NCBI GenBank assembly: GCA_965203355.1
Contig: OZ241889.1
Location: 3,584,001 to 3,648,000, forward strand
Reading direction: 5' to 3'
From: Candidatus Latescibacterota bacterium
GTDB taxonomy: Bacteria > Latescibacterota > UBA2968 > UBA8231
Length of the DNA stretch: 64,000 nucleotides
Part shown: positions 10,801 through 19,177 of the stretch, piece by piece
How the letters are laid out: each line of letters opens with the position of its first letter
Position numbering within the stretch: the stretch's first letter is position 1
Notes under the pieces: generated by a model
Database searches by the model: none
Seen by the model: only the letters and a program-made list of their open reading frames with translations
What the model was told of the DNA's origin: nothing
Program-made: the position numbers and the translations under genes

Positions 10801-12429
10801 TTCTATCGCCTGCCGCGCGACACCCCGCCTCTGTACGAAGGCGGCCTCATCCGCGACCGCGCTTGGCGCGGCCTACAGGATTCCATCTTGGACTACGTGC
10901 AGAGCGCGTTTGGCGACCGCGCTTTGGTGGTGCCGCGCGCTTGGTATTTGTCGCCGGTCGAATCCGAGCGGGCCTTTATCGACCTAACCGCCACCGCCAC
11001 CGGCGCGGCCAGTTTCGCGCATGGCGTGGTGGGCCTACAGCCGGCTGAAGCCCAGGTAACGGGCCTGGACGCGCACATCTCGGCGGGCCGCTTCTTTGCG
11101 GCGGGCGACGACCAGGTCGTCATCTTGCCCGACAGCCTAGCCGCGCTCATCGGCATTGGTCCCGAAAACGTGGGCACGGCGTCCATCGCGCTATACGGCG
11201 AGGAGTACCAAGTCATTGGCCTGTTTGACAGCGCGGCCCTGAAAGAAGTCGTCGATCTCGATGGCGAGCGTCTGACGCCGGTGGATACGGTCAAAGACGC
11301 CGGCCTCATCGCGCGCGAGAGCACCGAAGACCCACGCGCCTTGGCCGCCACCGCGGTCGAAACCTTCAACCACCTCGAAGTAATCAACACCCTCTTCTTG
11401 CCCTATGAGCGCGTCCGCGCCATGGACGGCCGCCTGCGCTCCATCGCCATTGCTGCGGACGCGGGCGACCCGGAATTTGTCCAGCGCGTAGAGTCCTTTA
11501 TGTCGCGGGTCGCGCTGACCCTGTTCGTCGGCCAAGGCGACCGGGTCGTGGCGTACAGTTCGATCGGCTCCACCCAAATAAGCGGGGCCGGCCAACTCTT
11601 GGTGCCGATCATCATCGCCGCCTTGATCGTGCTCAATACCATGATGGGAGCCGTGTACGAGCGCGTGCGCGAAATCGGCATCTACAGCGTGGTCGGCTTG
11701 GCCCCCAGCCACATCGGCCTGCTATTCTTGGCCGAGTCCACGGTCTTTGCCACCTTTGGCGCGGTGGTCGGTTACGTCCTCGGCCAAGTCGCCCATCTGT
11801 TCATGCTGCAATACGGGCTGCTGGCCGGCCTGACGCTCAACTACTCGTCGCTGTCGGCGGTGTGGGCTACGATCATCGTCATCGGCACGGTCTATTTATC
11901 GACCTTGTATCCAGCGTGCCTAGCGGCCAACATGGCCGTCCCGGACGTGACGCGGCAATGGCAATTCCCCCCACCCGCTGGCGACCACTGGCGCTTTGAC
12001 TTTCCCTTCACGGTCGGCGGGGCCGAAGTGCCGAGCATGTACGTGTACCTCAAATCGGTTTTCGCCGCCTACGGCGAAGGCTCAATCGGCGACTTCATCG
12101 CCCGCGACATCGAGCTATCCGTCACCCCGGACGGGCCGGAGCCATCCTACGCCATTGCCATGAGCACTTGGCTGGCTCCCTACGACCTCGGCATCAGCCA
12201 ACAGGTACGCCTACGGGCAACTCCCACGGGCGAGCACCGCATCTACAAGATCGAGACCCACATCGAACGCCTCAGCGGCGACGTGGCCTCTTGGCAGCGA
12301 ATGAATCGCAAATTCCTCAACGTGCTGCGCAAGCGATTCCTCGTCTGGCGCACTCTGGCGCCGGGGATCCGCCAAGAGTACCACACGCGGGTGTCGGCCG
12401 AATTTGCCCACAGCGCGGAACCGACATGA
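7837..12429 (+). CDS. M28-peptidase-like/PA domain + FtsX (MacB-type) permease fusion
   Basis: AHYD...PGAENATG...LLEIAR M28-like core, SNLSKRRLRTALT and NTMMGAVYERVREIGIYSVVGLAP FtsX signatures, two TM clusters. Confidence 0.8.
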   Translation: MLIKSLLFATAAFFLLSVTAFNPATIARWMERAIGWEPRREVPATSEAPSLREAVAQINAADLAHHLRILTADSSRVTGYAGATNAARYIEGAFRRLGLQVTSEFFPLSVPLDRGGRLRLVGSDESIPIYGLWPNHVRTPSLPPGGVSGHLIDLGRGSLAAMDGKRLAGSVALMGFGSGNAHVQARALGAQAILLYDDGRVTRSQAAEKFLQVPVDIPRFWVEAADAELLRQHAPSGNAHVHLTARMDWESVQARNIFAVLPGLAEDMPRGQRREIQPWDEQIIVLQAHYDAISVVPALAPGAENATGMAALLEIARLLVAEGTRYTVLFLATPGHFQGLAGVNDFLYRHARKSAHFRDQIPPADRIDFRLFIGLDLASHSPQVGSFTLGTFYNSAWRNDDYQKNLMAHYASRFARYNREIFADSTRYQDAIAPPKRVWKNFMPVRLALDSEAAAFVGKESLSFVTPNQLRQRVDTPLDRLEFVALDNLAEQTRTLAGLLLKAASDPDFFNDTKLTLRDWGHSLAGNIYWFDRDVNFAVPKAPVPNALVTYLQPGPNAVAGVRTLMATHGDESGYFKFDIVRNRFANRIQAFELDEYGRIVSAPDLGEEGDKTYPGTQPYGWWENRMLQVLFRCRALSFLEVVDPRYLSAMDRVNVLGANDAPPRSFSLSYIENQSAGQDRVVQAGVVFAEPGTRVKILAGEGAFGGESALAGVRYMLTNADSALFADLDPARVDLATIERAQGAGFRVEQGLIPYPAWQAARDIWIINEARIKQMVRHGIVLDQLQAMHEQARAALLEASDKRAAFDYTGYQRAVRRALGLEARIYPEIKATANDAVRAVIFYFALLLPFAFFCERFFCGFPDVRRQIAGFVGIFVLVFLILRFVHPAFKLSTSPYIIFLAFVILALGVLVIFIVVARFKALLQRRKGAAAGLHETDVGRIAAGFAAVLLGISNLSKRRLRTALTAATLTFLTFTVNSFTSVKSSFDFYRLPRDTPPLYEGGLIRDRAWRGLQDSILDYVQSAFGDRALVVPRAWYLSPVESERAFIDLTATATGAASFAHGVVGLQPAEAQVTGLDAHISAGRFFAAGDDQVVILPDSLAALIGIGPENVGTASIALYGEEYQVIGLFDSAALKEVVDLDGERLTPVDTVKDAGLIARESTEDPRALAATAVETFNHLEVINTLFLPYERVRAMDGRLRSIAIAADAGDPEFVQRVESFMSRVALTLFVGQGDRVVAYSSIGSTQISGAGQLLVPIIIAALIVLNTMMGAVYERVREIGIYSVVGLAPSHIGLLFLAESTVFATFGAVVGYVLGQVAHLFMLQYGLLAGLTLNYSSLSAVWATIIVIGTVYLSTLYPACLAANMAVPDVTRQWQFPPPAGDHWRFDFPFTVGGAEVPSMYVYLKSVFAAYGEGSIGDFIARDIELSVTPDGPEPSYAIAMSTWLAPYDLGISQQVRLRATPTGEHRIYKIETHIERLSGDVASWQRMNRKFLNVLRKRFLVWRTLAPGIRQEYHTRVSAEFAHSAEPT

Positions 12430-14336
12430 CCGCGCGCGCCTTGCTCATCGGCTTGGGCCTCGTAGTGCTGATCAACATCGGGGCTCCGTACAGCATGTTC
12501 ATTCTCAAGTCCTCGCAGTGGGCGATCAGCTATCTGCCCTTGAGCGTGGTCTTTCTCTTTACCGGCTTGGTCTTTCTCAACGCCACGGCCAAGTCGCTGC
12601 TAAAAGTGCGCGGCCTCGTCACCAGCGAACTCGGCTTGATCTTCATCATGTCCTTGGTCGGCGCCTCGATTCCCACTTGGGGCACTTCTACGTACCTGAT
12701 CGCCGTCATCGCCGCGCCCCAGTATTTTGCCTCGCCCGAAAATCAGTGGCAGAGCAAGGTCGTGCAGTACATAGAAGAATGGCTCGTGCCCAACGACGCG
12801 ATTGCCCTCAAGTGGTTTTACAACGGCCTACCCGCGGGCGAATCCATTCCTTGGGGGGCTTGGATCGTGCCGCTTTTTTGGTGGACCAGCTTGGTGATGG
12901 CCATTTTCTTTTTGTGTCACTGCATGGTCGCGGCACTGCGCAAGCAGTGGGTCGAGTACGAGCGTCTGCCCTTCGCGCTGATGGAATTGCCCCAGCAACT
13001 CATCGCCCCGCCATCGGGCACTAACTGGCCCAGCTTCGTGCGGCAAAAGGCGTTCTGGTTCGGCTTTGCCCTGCCCTTCTGCGTGGTCATGTGGAACGTG
13101 GTCTCGTACTTTACCCCGGCCTTTCCCCCCATTCCGCGCGATCTGTCCGATCCCATTCGCATTGGCCGCGAATTTCCCGCCATCAACACCAACATCAACT
13201 GGGCCATCGTCGGCTTTGCGTATTTCGTCAATCTCGACGTGTCCTTCAGCATGTGGTTTTTCACGGTGCTGACCATGCTGCAACAGGGCCTGTTCAACCG
13301 CTTTGGCTACACTATTGCTGGCCGCGATGTGTACACCCTCGGCCACCCCGGCATCGGTTGGCAGTCATTCGGCGCGTTGATCGCCCTCGTCGTCGGGATG
13401 TTGTGGATGGCGCGCGGCCACCTCGGCGCGATCTGGCGCAAAGCCGTGCACAACGATGCAGACGTCGACGACTCAGACGAGTTGATGTCCTATCGGATGA
13501 TCGTCTTTGGCGGCGGGTTGGCCCTGCTGTACATCGCCTTTTGGCTGTGGCGGGCCGGCGTGAACCCCCCCGCGATCGCGCTCTTCATCTTGGCCACCTT
13601 GGTGCTCTACGTCGGCATTACCCGCATCATCATGGAGGGGGGCTTGCTCTTCAGCCGCGCCCCGCTAGTCGGCCAGACCTTCGTCGGCTACGCACTCGGG
13701 CCGCACGCTACCGCGCAGAGCCACATCGTCATGGGACTGTCCTACGGCTGGCACCACGAGCTCAAAGGCTTCTTCATGGTCGCGGCGGCCAACAGCGCCA
13801 AAGTGTCCGACCACGTCCGCGGCAACCGCCGCTGGCTGAGCTTCTACATCTTCCTCGCGGCCCTCGTAGCCCTGATCGTCTCCATGGCCTTTGCGCTCTA
13901 CATGGGCTACTCCTATGGCGCGTACAACTACGGGGGGTGGATCTTCGGCACCGGGTCGCAAGTGCCCTACGTGGAAAGCCTGCGCAAAATCGACCTCAAG
14001 GCCCCGGATTGGACGCGGTTGGGCCACCTCCTGAGCGGCGCGGGGGCCATGGGGCTGCTAACCTTTATGCGCTACCGCTTCTCGTGGTGGCCCCTGCACC
14101 CGATCGGCATGCCGGTCGGCATCTGCTCCTACCCCATGACCATCATCGTCTTTTCGATCTTCGTCTCTTGGCTGGCCAAATGGGCCATCATGCGCTCGGG
14201 CGGCATCGGCCTCTACCACCGCGCCCAGCCCTTTTTCATCGGCCTCATCCTCGGGTACTTCACCGCGATTGGCCTGTCCTTTTGCATTGACATGATTTGG
14301 TTCCCCGGGCAGGGGCACCCGCTATACGGAAACTAG
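12426..14336 (+). CDS. DUF6785/DUF6784-like polytopic membrane protein (putative peptide transporter subunit)
   Basis: ATGA overlap with the upstream stop. YFASPENQW, RKQWVEYERLPF and WWPLHPIG motifs, many TM segments. Confidence 0.75.
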   Translation: MTARALLIGLGLVVLINIGAPYSMFILKSSQWAISYLPLSVVFLFTGLVFLNATAKSLLKVRGLVTSELGLIFIMSLVGASIPTWGTSTYLIAVIAAPQYFASPENQWQSKVVQYIEEWLVPNDAIALKWFYNGLPAGESIPWGAWIVPLFWWTSLVMAIFFLCHCMVAALRKQWVEYERLPFALMELPQQLIAPPSGTNWPSFVRQKAFWFGFALPFCVVMWNVVSYFTPAFPPIPRDLSDPIRIGREFPAINTNINWAIVGFAYFVNLDVSFSMWFFTVLTMLQQGLFNRFGYTIAGRDVYTLGHPGIGWQSFGALIALVVGMLWMARGHLGAIWRKAVHNDADVDDSDELMSYRMIVFGGGLALLYIAFWLWRAGVNPPAIALFILATLVLYVGITRIIMEGGLLFSRAPLVGQTFVGYALGPHATAQSHIVMGLSYGWHHELKGFFMVAAANSAKVSDHVRGNRRWLSFYIFLAALVALIVSMAFALYMGYSYGAYNYGGWIFGTGSQVPYVESLRKIDLKAPDWTRLGHLLSGAGAMGLLTFMRYRFSWWPLHPIGMPVGICSYPMTIIVFSIFVSWLAKWAIMRSGGIGLYHRAQPFFIGLILGYFTAIGLSFCIDMIWFPGQGHPLYGN

Positions 14337-14339
14337 CGC

Positions 14340-16322
14340 ATGGCCAAAGACCACCCCAAAGCACCCGAGCTGATTCCCGCGGATCTCCAATTTGAACCGG
14401 GCTTCAACCTCAAGACCTTGTGGGCCGCGCTCTTCGTCGGCTTCATCATGCTGCCCGGGGCCATCTACTTGGGGCTGGTGACCGGCCAGAGCATGGCCGG
14501 CGGGGCCGAGTGGGTAACGCTCATCCTCTTCATCGAAATCGCCAAGCGCTCCTTTGCCCGCCTGCGCACCCAAGAGGTCATCATTCTCTACTGGGTGGCC
14601 GGCGGCTTGGTCGTGATGGGCGGCAAGCTGGGCACCGGAGCCGAGCTGTTTGGCGGGCCTTTTGGCGGGCTGATCTGGGACCAGTACTTGATCCAATCGC
14701 CCCAAGCCGACGGCTTGCACCAGTACATCCCCGACTGGGTAGTGCCGCCGCGCGGGTCGCCAGCGCTGGCGGGACGCTCCTTTTTGCACCCGGCTTGGCT
14801 CAAGCCCATCGCCCTGCTCCTGACGGTCATTGTGATGCAGAAGATCAACAGCCTGTCCTTGGGCTACGTGCTGTTCCGCATCACCAACGACATCGAGCGT
14901 TTGCCGTACCCGCTCGCCGCAGTGCAGGCCGGCGGCGCGACCGCCCTCGCCGAAAGCGCCGGGCCGAGCCAAGGCTGGCGCTGGGAGGTCTTTAGCATTG
15001 GGGCCTTTATCGGCATTGTCTGGGGGCTGTTCTACGTAGTTATTCCCACGATCTCGGGCATTTTCTTTACCGAAACCGTGACGATCCTGCCGATTCCGTT
15101 CATCGACCTAACCGTCTCCCTCAAGGGAATACTGCCGGCCAGCATCATGGGCATGGGCACGGACCTCGGGCACGTCATGGTCGGCTTTGTCCTGCCCTTT
15201 TGGATTGTGGTCGGCTCCTTTGCCGCGGCCTTTCTCGTCAACATCCTCGTCAACCCGCTGCTCTACGCCTACGACGTGCTGCACACTTGGGAGCCGGGCA
15301 TGTCGGCGATCCCAACCCAGATCGCCAATTCCTTTGACTTCTGGCTCAGCTTCTCCATTGGCGGCGCCGTCCTCGTGGCCGCGATGGGTTTTGCCATGGT
15401 GGGCAAGACCTTGTGGACTTTGCGCGGGGTTAAGCGCGAGGGCCACGACGGCCGGCTGCCCGCCGGACGCGGCGACATCCCCATCCCTTTCGCCTTGGGC
15501 ATCTGGGCGGTGAGCACACTCGGCTTTGTGGTCTTGGTGTGGTATTTGGTGCCGGAATTCCCTTGGTGGATCAGCGCGTTCTTCGGCTTTGTGTGGACGC
15601 CGATCTACTCGTATATCGGCGCGCGCATGATCGGCCTGACCGGCTCGCCGCAAGGAGCGGCCTTCCCCTATCTGCGCGAAGGCTCCTTTTATCTGTCGGG
15701 CTATCAGGGCGCGGCCGTGTGGTTCGCGCCGATTCCGCTCTTCCAGTGGGGCTACGAAGCAGCGGCCTTCAAGCAACTCGAACTGACCCGCACCCACTTC
15801 GGCAGCATCGTCAAACTGGCCGGCGTTACGTTGCTGATCATGTTTGTCTGTTCGTTTGTGTTCTGGTCTTTTATCTGGAAGCTCGGGCCGATTCCCTCGG
15901 CAGCCTATCCCTATGTGCAGAAGTTTTGGCCTTTCCACGCCACCATGCAGGCGTTCTGGGCCAAGTCAACGCTCGCCGAAGGCGGCAACGAGCTGATCAA
16001 AACCATCATTCGCTGGGAATACGTGCTCACGGGCGCGTTGAGCAGTGCCGGGATTTTGGGCGGGCTGGCGCTCTTGCGCTGGCCGATCGCCCTGTTCTAC
16101 GGATTCATCGGCGGCGTGGGCGCGTGGCCGCACTTTCTGCTGCCCAACTTCATCGGCGCCTTGCTGGGCCGCTATCACTTGCAGAAGCGCTTTGGCGAGG
16201 CACGCTGGCGGGCGTACGCGCCGATTCTGTTGGCCGGCTATTCGTGCGGGATGGGCTTGGTCGGCATGTCTTCCATCGCGCTGGCGCTGATTTCAAAAGC
16301 AGTGTCGAGCATTGTTTTTTAG
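14340..16322 (+). CDS. OPT-superfamily-like peptide transporter
   Basis: Highly hydrophobic 660 aa. FEPGFNLKT..ALFVGFIMLPG.IYLGL and DIERLPYPLA motifs. Confidence 0.65.
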   Translation: MAKDHPKAPELIPADLQFEPGFNLKTLWAALFVGFIMLPGAIYLGLVTGQSMAGGAEWVTLILFIEIAKRSFARLRTQEVIILYWVAGGLVVMGGKLGTGAELFGGPFGGLIWDQYLIQSPQADGLHQYIPDWVVPPRGSPALAGRSFLHPAWLKPIALLLTVIVMQKINSLSLGYVLFRITNDIERLPYPLAAVQAGGATALAESAGPSQGWRWEVFSIGAFIGIVWGLFYVVIPTISGIFFTETVTILPIPFIDLTVSLKGILPASIMGMGTDLGHVMVGFVLPFWIVVGSFAAAFLVNILVNPLLYAYDVLHTWEPGMSAIPTQIANSFDFWLSFSIGGAVLVAAMGFAMVGKTLWTLRGVKREGHDGRLPAGRGDIPIPFALGIWAVSTLGFVVLVWYLVPEFPWWISAFFGFVWTPIYSYIGARMIGLTGSPQGAAFPYLREGSFYLSGYQGAAVWFAPIPLFQWGYEAAAFKQLELTRTHFGSIVKLAGVTLLIMFVCSFVFWSFIWKLGPIPSAAYPYVQKFWPFHATMQAFWAKSTLAEGGNELIKTIIRWEYVLTGALSSAGILGGLALLRWPIALFYGFIGGVGAWPHFLLPNFIGALLGRYHLQKRFGEARWRAYAPILLAGYSCGMGLVGMSSIALALISKAVSSIVF

Positions 16323-16347
16323 GCGTTGGGCGCGCCGCTCAGGTTGT

Positions 16348-16396
16348 AAAATGCCCCCTTTTTTGTACATTGTACGTACGAAAAAGGGGGCATTTT
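16348..16396. terminator. Inverted repeat: bidirectional terminator-like hairpin or operator
   Basis: AAAATGCCCCCTTTTT...AAAAAGGGGGCATTTT, 25 bp after the operon stop. Confidence 0.55.
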
Positions 16397-16404
16397 TATT
16401 CATT

Positions 16405-16653
16405 TTGTATAGAACGGCTGAACATGTGCTGGCCCAATGGTTGGCCGCTCCACAGCGAAAACCGCTGGTCATCCGCGGCGCGCGCCAAGTGGGCAAATCC
16501 ACCCTAGTACGGCAATTCGCTCAATCCCAGCGCCGACACCTCAACGAAATCAACCTCGACATGACCTTGCTCTCGCTGCCGCTTTACTTGGTGGGGCAAC
16601 TGGGCCGCCTGCTGGACCGGCTCAGACAGGGCACAGCCCCTCAACGCCGCTAA
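16405..16653 (+). pseudogene. AAA_14/DUF4143 ATPase remnant with large internal deletion
   Basis: RKPLVIRGARQVGKSTLV Walker A joined directly to an LLSLPLYL C-terminal-type motif. Only ~82 codons, no Walker B. Confidence 0.7.
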
Positions 16654-16720
16654 CGGCAACGCGAAATATCCGCATTCCAGCCGCGGCAAAAATGGCTGCG
16701 GTAACGAGCAAAGACCGGCC

Positions 16721-17149
16721 TTACTCTTTTGCTCCACTGGCAATCCACGCGCGGATGATCGCCACCTGCTCGGGGGACAACGGGGCGCCCGGCGGCATTT
16801 GCTGGCTGACGATTTCGTCGTCGCCGCGCACCTTTATCAGCAGGTACGACTCATTGGGATTGCCCGGATCCACCAGCTTAAAACCGGGCCGTTGGCCGCT
16901 GGCAACGCCGACGATGCGCGCGGCAAAGTCGCCCTCCAGCGACAGACCGGCCGCTGGCGCGACGCCGCTGTGGCAGCCCGAAAAGGTGCAACTAACCGCA
17001 AATACCGCGCGGACTTGTGCGAGGGTAGCTTCGGTGGGCGACCCCTCGCCTTGGCTGTCTGGCCCCACCGCCGAGTCATCGCCCCCACAGCCGCCCCACC
17101 ACAGAGCCGCAATCAACAGCAGCGACAGACGCATAAGTCGTAGCAACAT
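16721..17149 (-). CDS. Small lipoprotein c-type cytochrome (CX4CH)
   Basis: GAGGA RBS, lipobox WGGC, SCTFSGCH, VDPGNPNESYL..KV, QMPP...IRAWI..GA. Confidence 0.75.
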   Translation of the reverse strand: MLLRLMRLSLLLIAALWWGGCGGDDSAVGPDSQGEGSPTEATLAQVRAVFAVSCTFSGCHSGVAPAAGLSLEGDFAARIVGVASGQRPGFKLVDPGNPNESYLLIKVRGDDEIVSQQMPPGAPLSPEQVAIIRAWIASGAKE

Positions 17150-17210
17150 AATTCGTTCCTCGTAGCAATTGATGGTTGCGCCGTAAGCGCGGCGCAAGTA
17201 TATAAACCAC

Positions 17211-17386
17211 CGCTTGGGGGGGCAATCGCCCGCGAGGTGACGCGCCAGTGGTCAGTGGTCAGTGGTCAGTGGTCAGTCCGCTCCGCTCGTAGGGTGTGGT
17301 GCGGGGACTGGTCACTGGCCACCGGCCACCGGCCACTGATTGGTCAGTGGCCCGCTGGGGGGCAATCGACCGCGAGGTGACACGCC
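17211..17386. repeat. Heptamer-built 34-bp hairpin flanked by ~35-bp direct repeats
   Basis: Direct repeats at 17211-17246 and 17353-17386. (CAGTGGT)4 arm 17246-17279 pairs with 17305-17338. Confidence 0.85.
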
Positions 17387-17451
17387 CCGGCTAAAATGTT
17401 AAATTGGCAGGTTATTCGCGCTTTTCCACCCCTGAGAACAGAGGAGTACGC

Positions 17452-18993
17452 ATGAACCTGAGTTGGTTTGACTACGCCATCGTCCTCGTCTATGTCGGCG
17501 GCACCATCGTCGCAGGCACGTTCGCCCGCGGTGCCATCAAGGGCATCTCCGACTTCCTCGTCGCCGGCCGCGGCCTCAAAACCCACATGGCCGTCGCCAC
17601 GATGGTCTCGACCGGCCTCGGGCTGGTAACGGTCATGTACATGGCCGAGGAAGGCTTCAAATACGGCTTCGTGCCTTTCGTCTTTGGCCTCATGGCGCTG
17701 ATCACCACCGCGATCATCGGTCGCACGGGCTTTATCGTCAGCCGCCTGCGCCACTTGCAGATAATGACCGTGCCCGAGTTCTACGAACTCAAGTACACGC
17801 GCGGGGTGCGCCTACTCGGCGGCATCATCCTCACCCTGGCCGGCACCCTCAACATGGGACTGTTTCCCATCCTCGGCAGCAAATTCGTCGTTGGCTTCAC
17901 CGGCCTCGACAAGGAATACGTGAACTACGTCATGGTCGGCATGTTGCTCATCGTCGTCTTCTACACCCTGATGGGCGGCATGGTCTCGGTGGTGCTGACG
18001 GATTTCGCGCAGTTTGTGCTGCTGGCGCTGGGATTTTTCTTCGGCACCTATGTCATTCTCAATCATCCGCAACTCGGCTGGGGCAGCCTCGTCGAAGCCG
18101 TGCAAGTCCACAAAGGCGACATCGGCTTTGACCCGATAGCTAATCCCGGCTACGGCATCTCCATGATCTTGTTTCTATTCTGCGTCGGCTTGGTCGGCGT
18201 GGTCTGGCAACCGGAAATGATGCGGCCGCTGAGCGCCGAAAGCCCCAAGGTGGCCCGCCGCGTGTTCTGGATTTCGGCGGGCACCGTCATGGGGCGGGCG
18301 ATGGTGCCGATGTTTTGGGGCATCGCAACGCTGGCCTATTTTGGCAACCCCGAACTCGACCCGCACTACGCCATGCCCGAAATGCTCGGCAAAATCCTGC
18401 CCATCGGCATCGCCGGGCTGCTCATGGCCGGGATGTTCGCGGCCTTCATGTCCACGCACGATAGCTACCTGCTGGCCTGGAGCGGCGTCATCGTCCGCGA
18501 CGTGGTCTCGCCGATCAAGGCCATGCTCGCCAAGTCGAGCGGCGCACGCCAAGCAGACGGCACTTGGGGCGGGCTGTCGAGCGAGCGCGAGATCTACTGG
18601 ACCCGGGCCATCGTCGTCATCCTCGCGGCCTTCTTGGCCATTTTCGGCGCGCTCTACCAGCTTCCCGAAACCGCCTTCCGCTTTATGTACGTCACCGGCA
18701 GCATCTACTTCTCCGGCTGCGTCGGCACCGTGGCCTTAGGGCTGTATTGGAAAAAGGCCAATACCCCCGGTGCGTACTGCGCCCTAATCCTCGGCGCGCT
18801 GGTGCCGCTCAATTTCCTGATTATGAACGAAAATCAGTACTTGGTCCCCGAGTTTTTGTTGCCACTGGTCGAAAACTCCAACCTCGTCGGCGTTACCAGC
18901 CTAGCCTTGGGCGGCCTCGCCATGCTGGTAGTCGCCTCGCTCACGCAGCGCTCGCACCCGCCGCGCCCTTTAGACTTTAGCAACATGGAGTAA
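17452..18993 (+). CDS. Sodium:solute symporter family protein
   Basis: GAGGAG RBS. DFLVAGRGL, MTVPEFYELKY, YTLMGGMVSVVLTDFAQF, AAFMSTHDS. Confidence 0.9.
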   Translation: MNLSWFDYAIVLVYVGGTIVAGTFARGAIKGISDFLVAGRGLKTHMAVATMVSTGLGLVTVMYMAEEGFKYGFVPFVFGLMALITTAIIGRTGFIVSRLRHLQIMTVPEFYELKYTRGVRLLGGIILTLAGTLNMGLFPILGSKFVVGFTGLDKEYVNYVMVGMLLIVVFYTLMGGMVSVVLTDFAQFVLLALGFFFGTYVILNHPQLGWGSLVEAVQVHKGDIGFDPIANPGYGISMILFLFCVGLVGVVWQPEMMRPLSAESPKVARRVFWISAGTVMGRAMVPMFWGIATLAYFGNPELDPHYAMPEMLGKILPIGIAGLLMAGMFAAFMSTHDSYLLAWSGVIVRDVVSPIKAMLAKSSGARQADGTWGGLSSEREIYWTRAIVVILAAFLAIFGALYQLPETAFRFMYVTGSIYFSGCVGTVALGLYWKKANTPGAYCALILGALVPLNFLIMNENQYLVPEFLLPLVENSNLVGVTSLALGGLAMLVVASLTQRSHPPRPLDFSNME

Positions 18994-18997
18994 TGCA

Positions 18998-19177
18998 ATG
19001 GATGTCGAAATTTGGAAAGTCCTCTGGCAGTATGTCTTTATCGTCGCTAGCGTCCTCTTCTACGGCATTGTCATCGCCGTCGCCTACAAGGGCTTTGGCG
19101 ACGTGGCCCAGATGATCCGCAACATGGTCGCCGGCCGCGGGGCCAGCGAATCCGCCGCAGACGCCCAGCACGAGTGA
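18998..19177 (+). CDS. Small single-TM protein (59 aa), probable SSS accessory subunit; absent from the ORF track
   Basis: GGAG RBS. MDVEIWKVLWQYVFIVASVLFYGIVIAVAYKGFGDVAQMIRNM... fills the gap exactly, with a GTGA overlap into the next gene. Confidence 0.7.
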   Translation: MDVEIWKVLWQYVFIVASVLFYGIVIAVAYKGFGDVAQMIRNMVAGRGASESAADAQHE

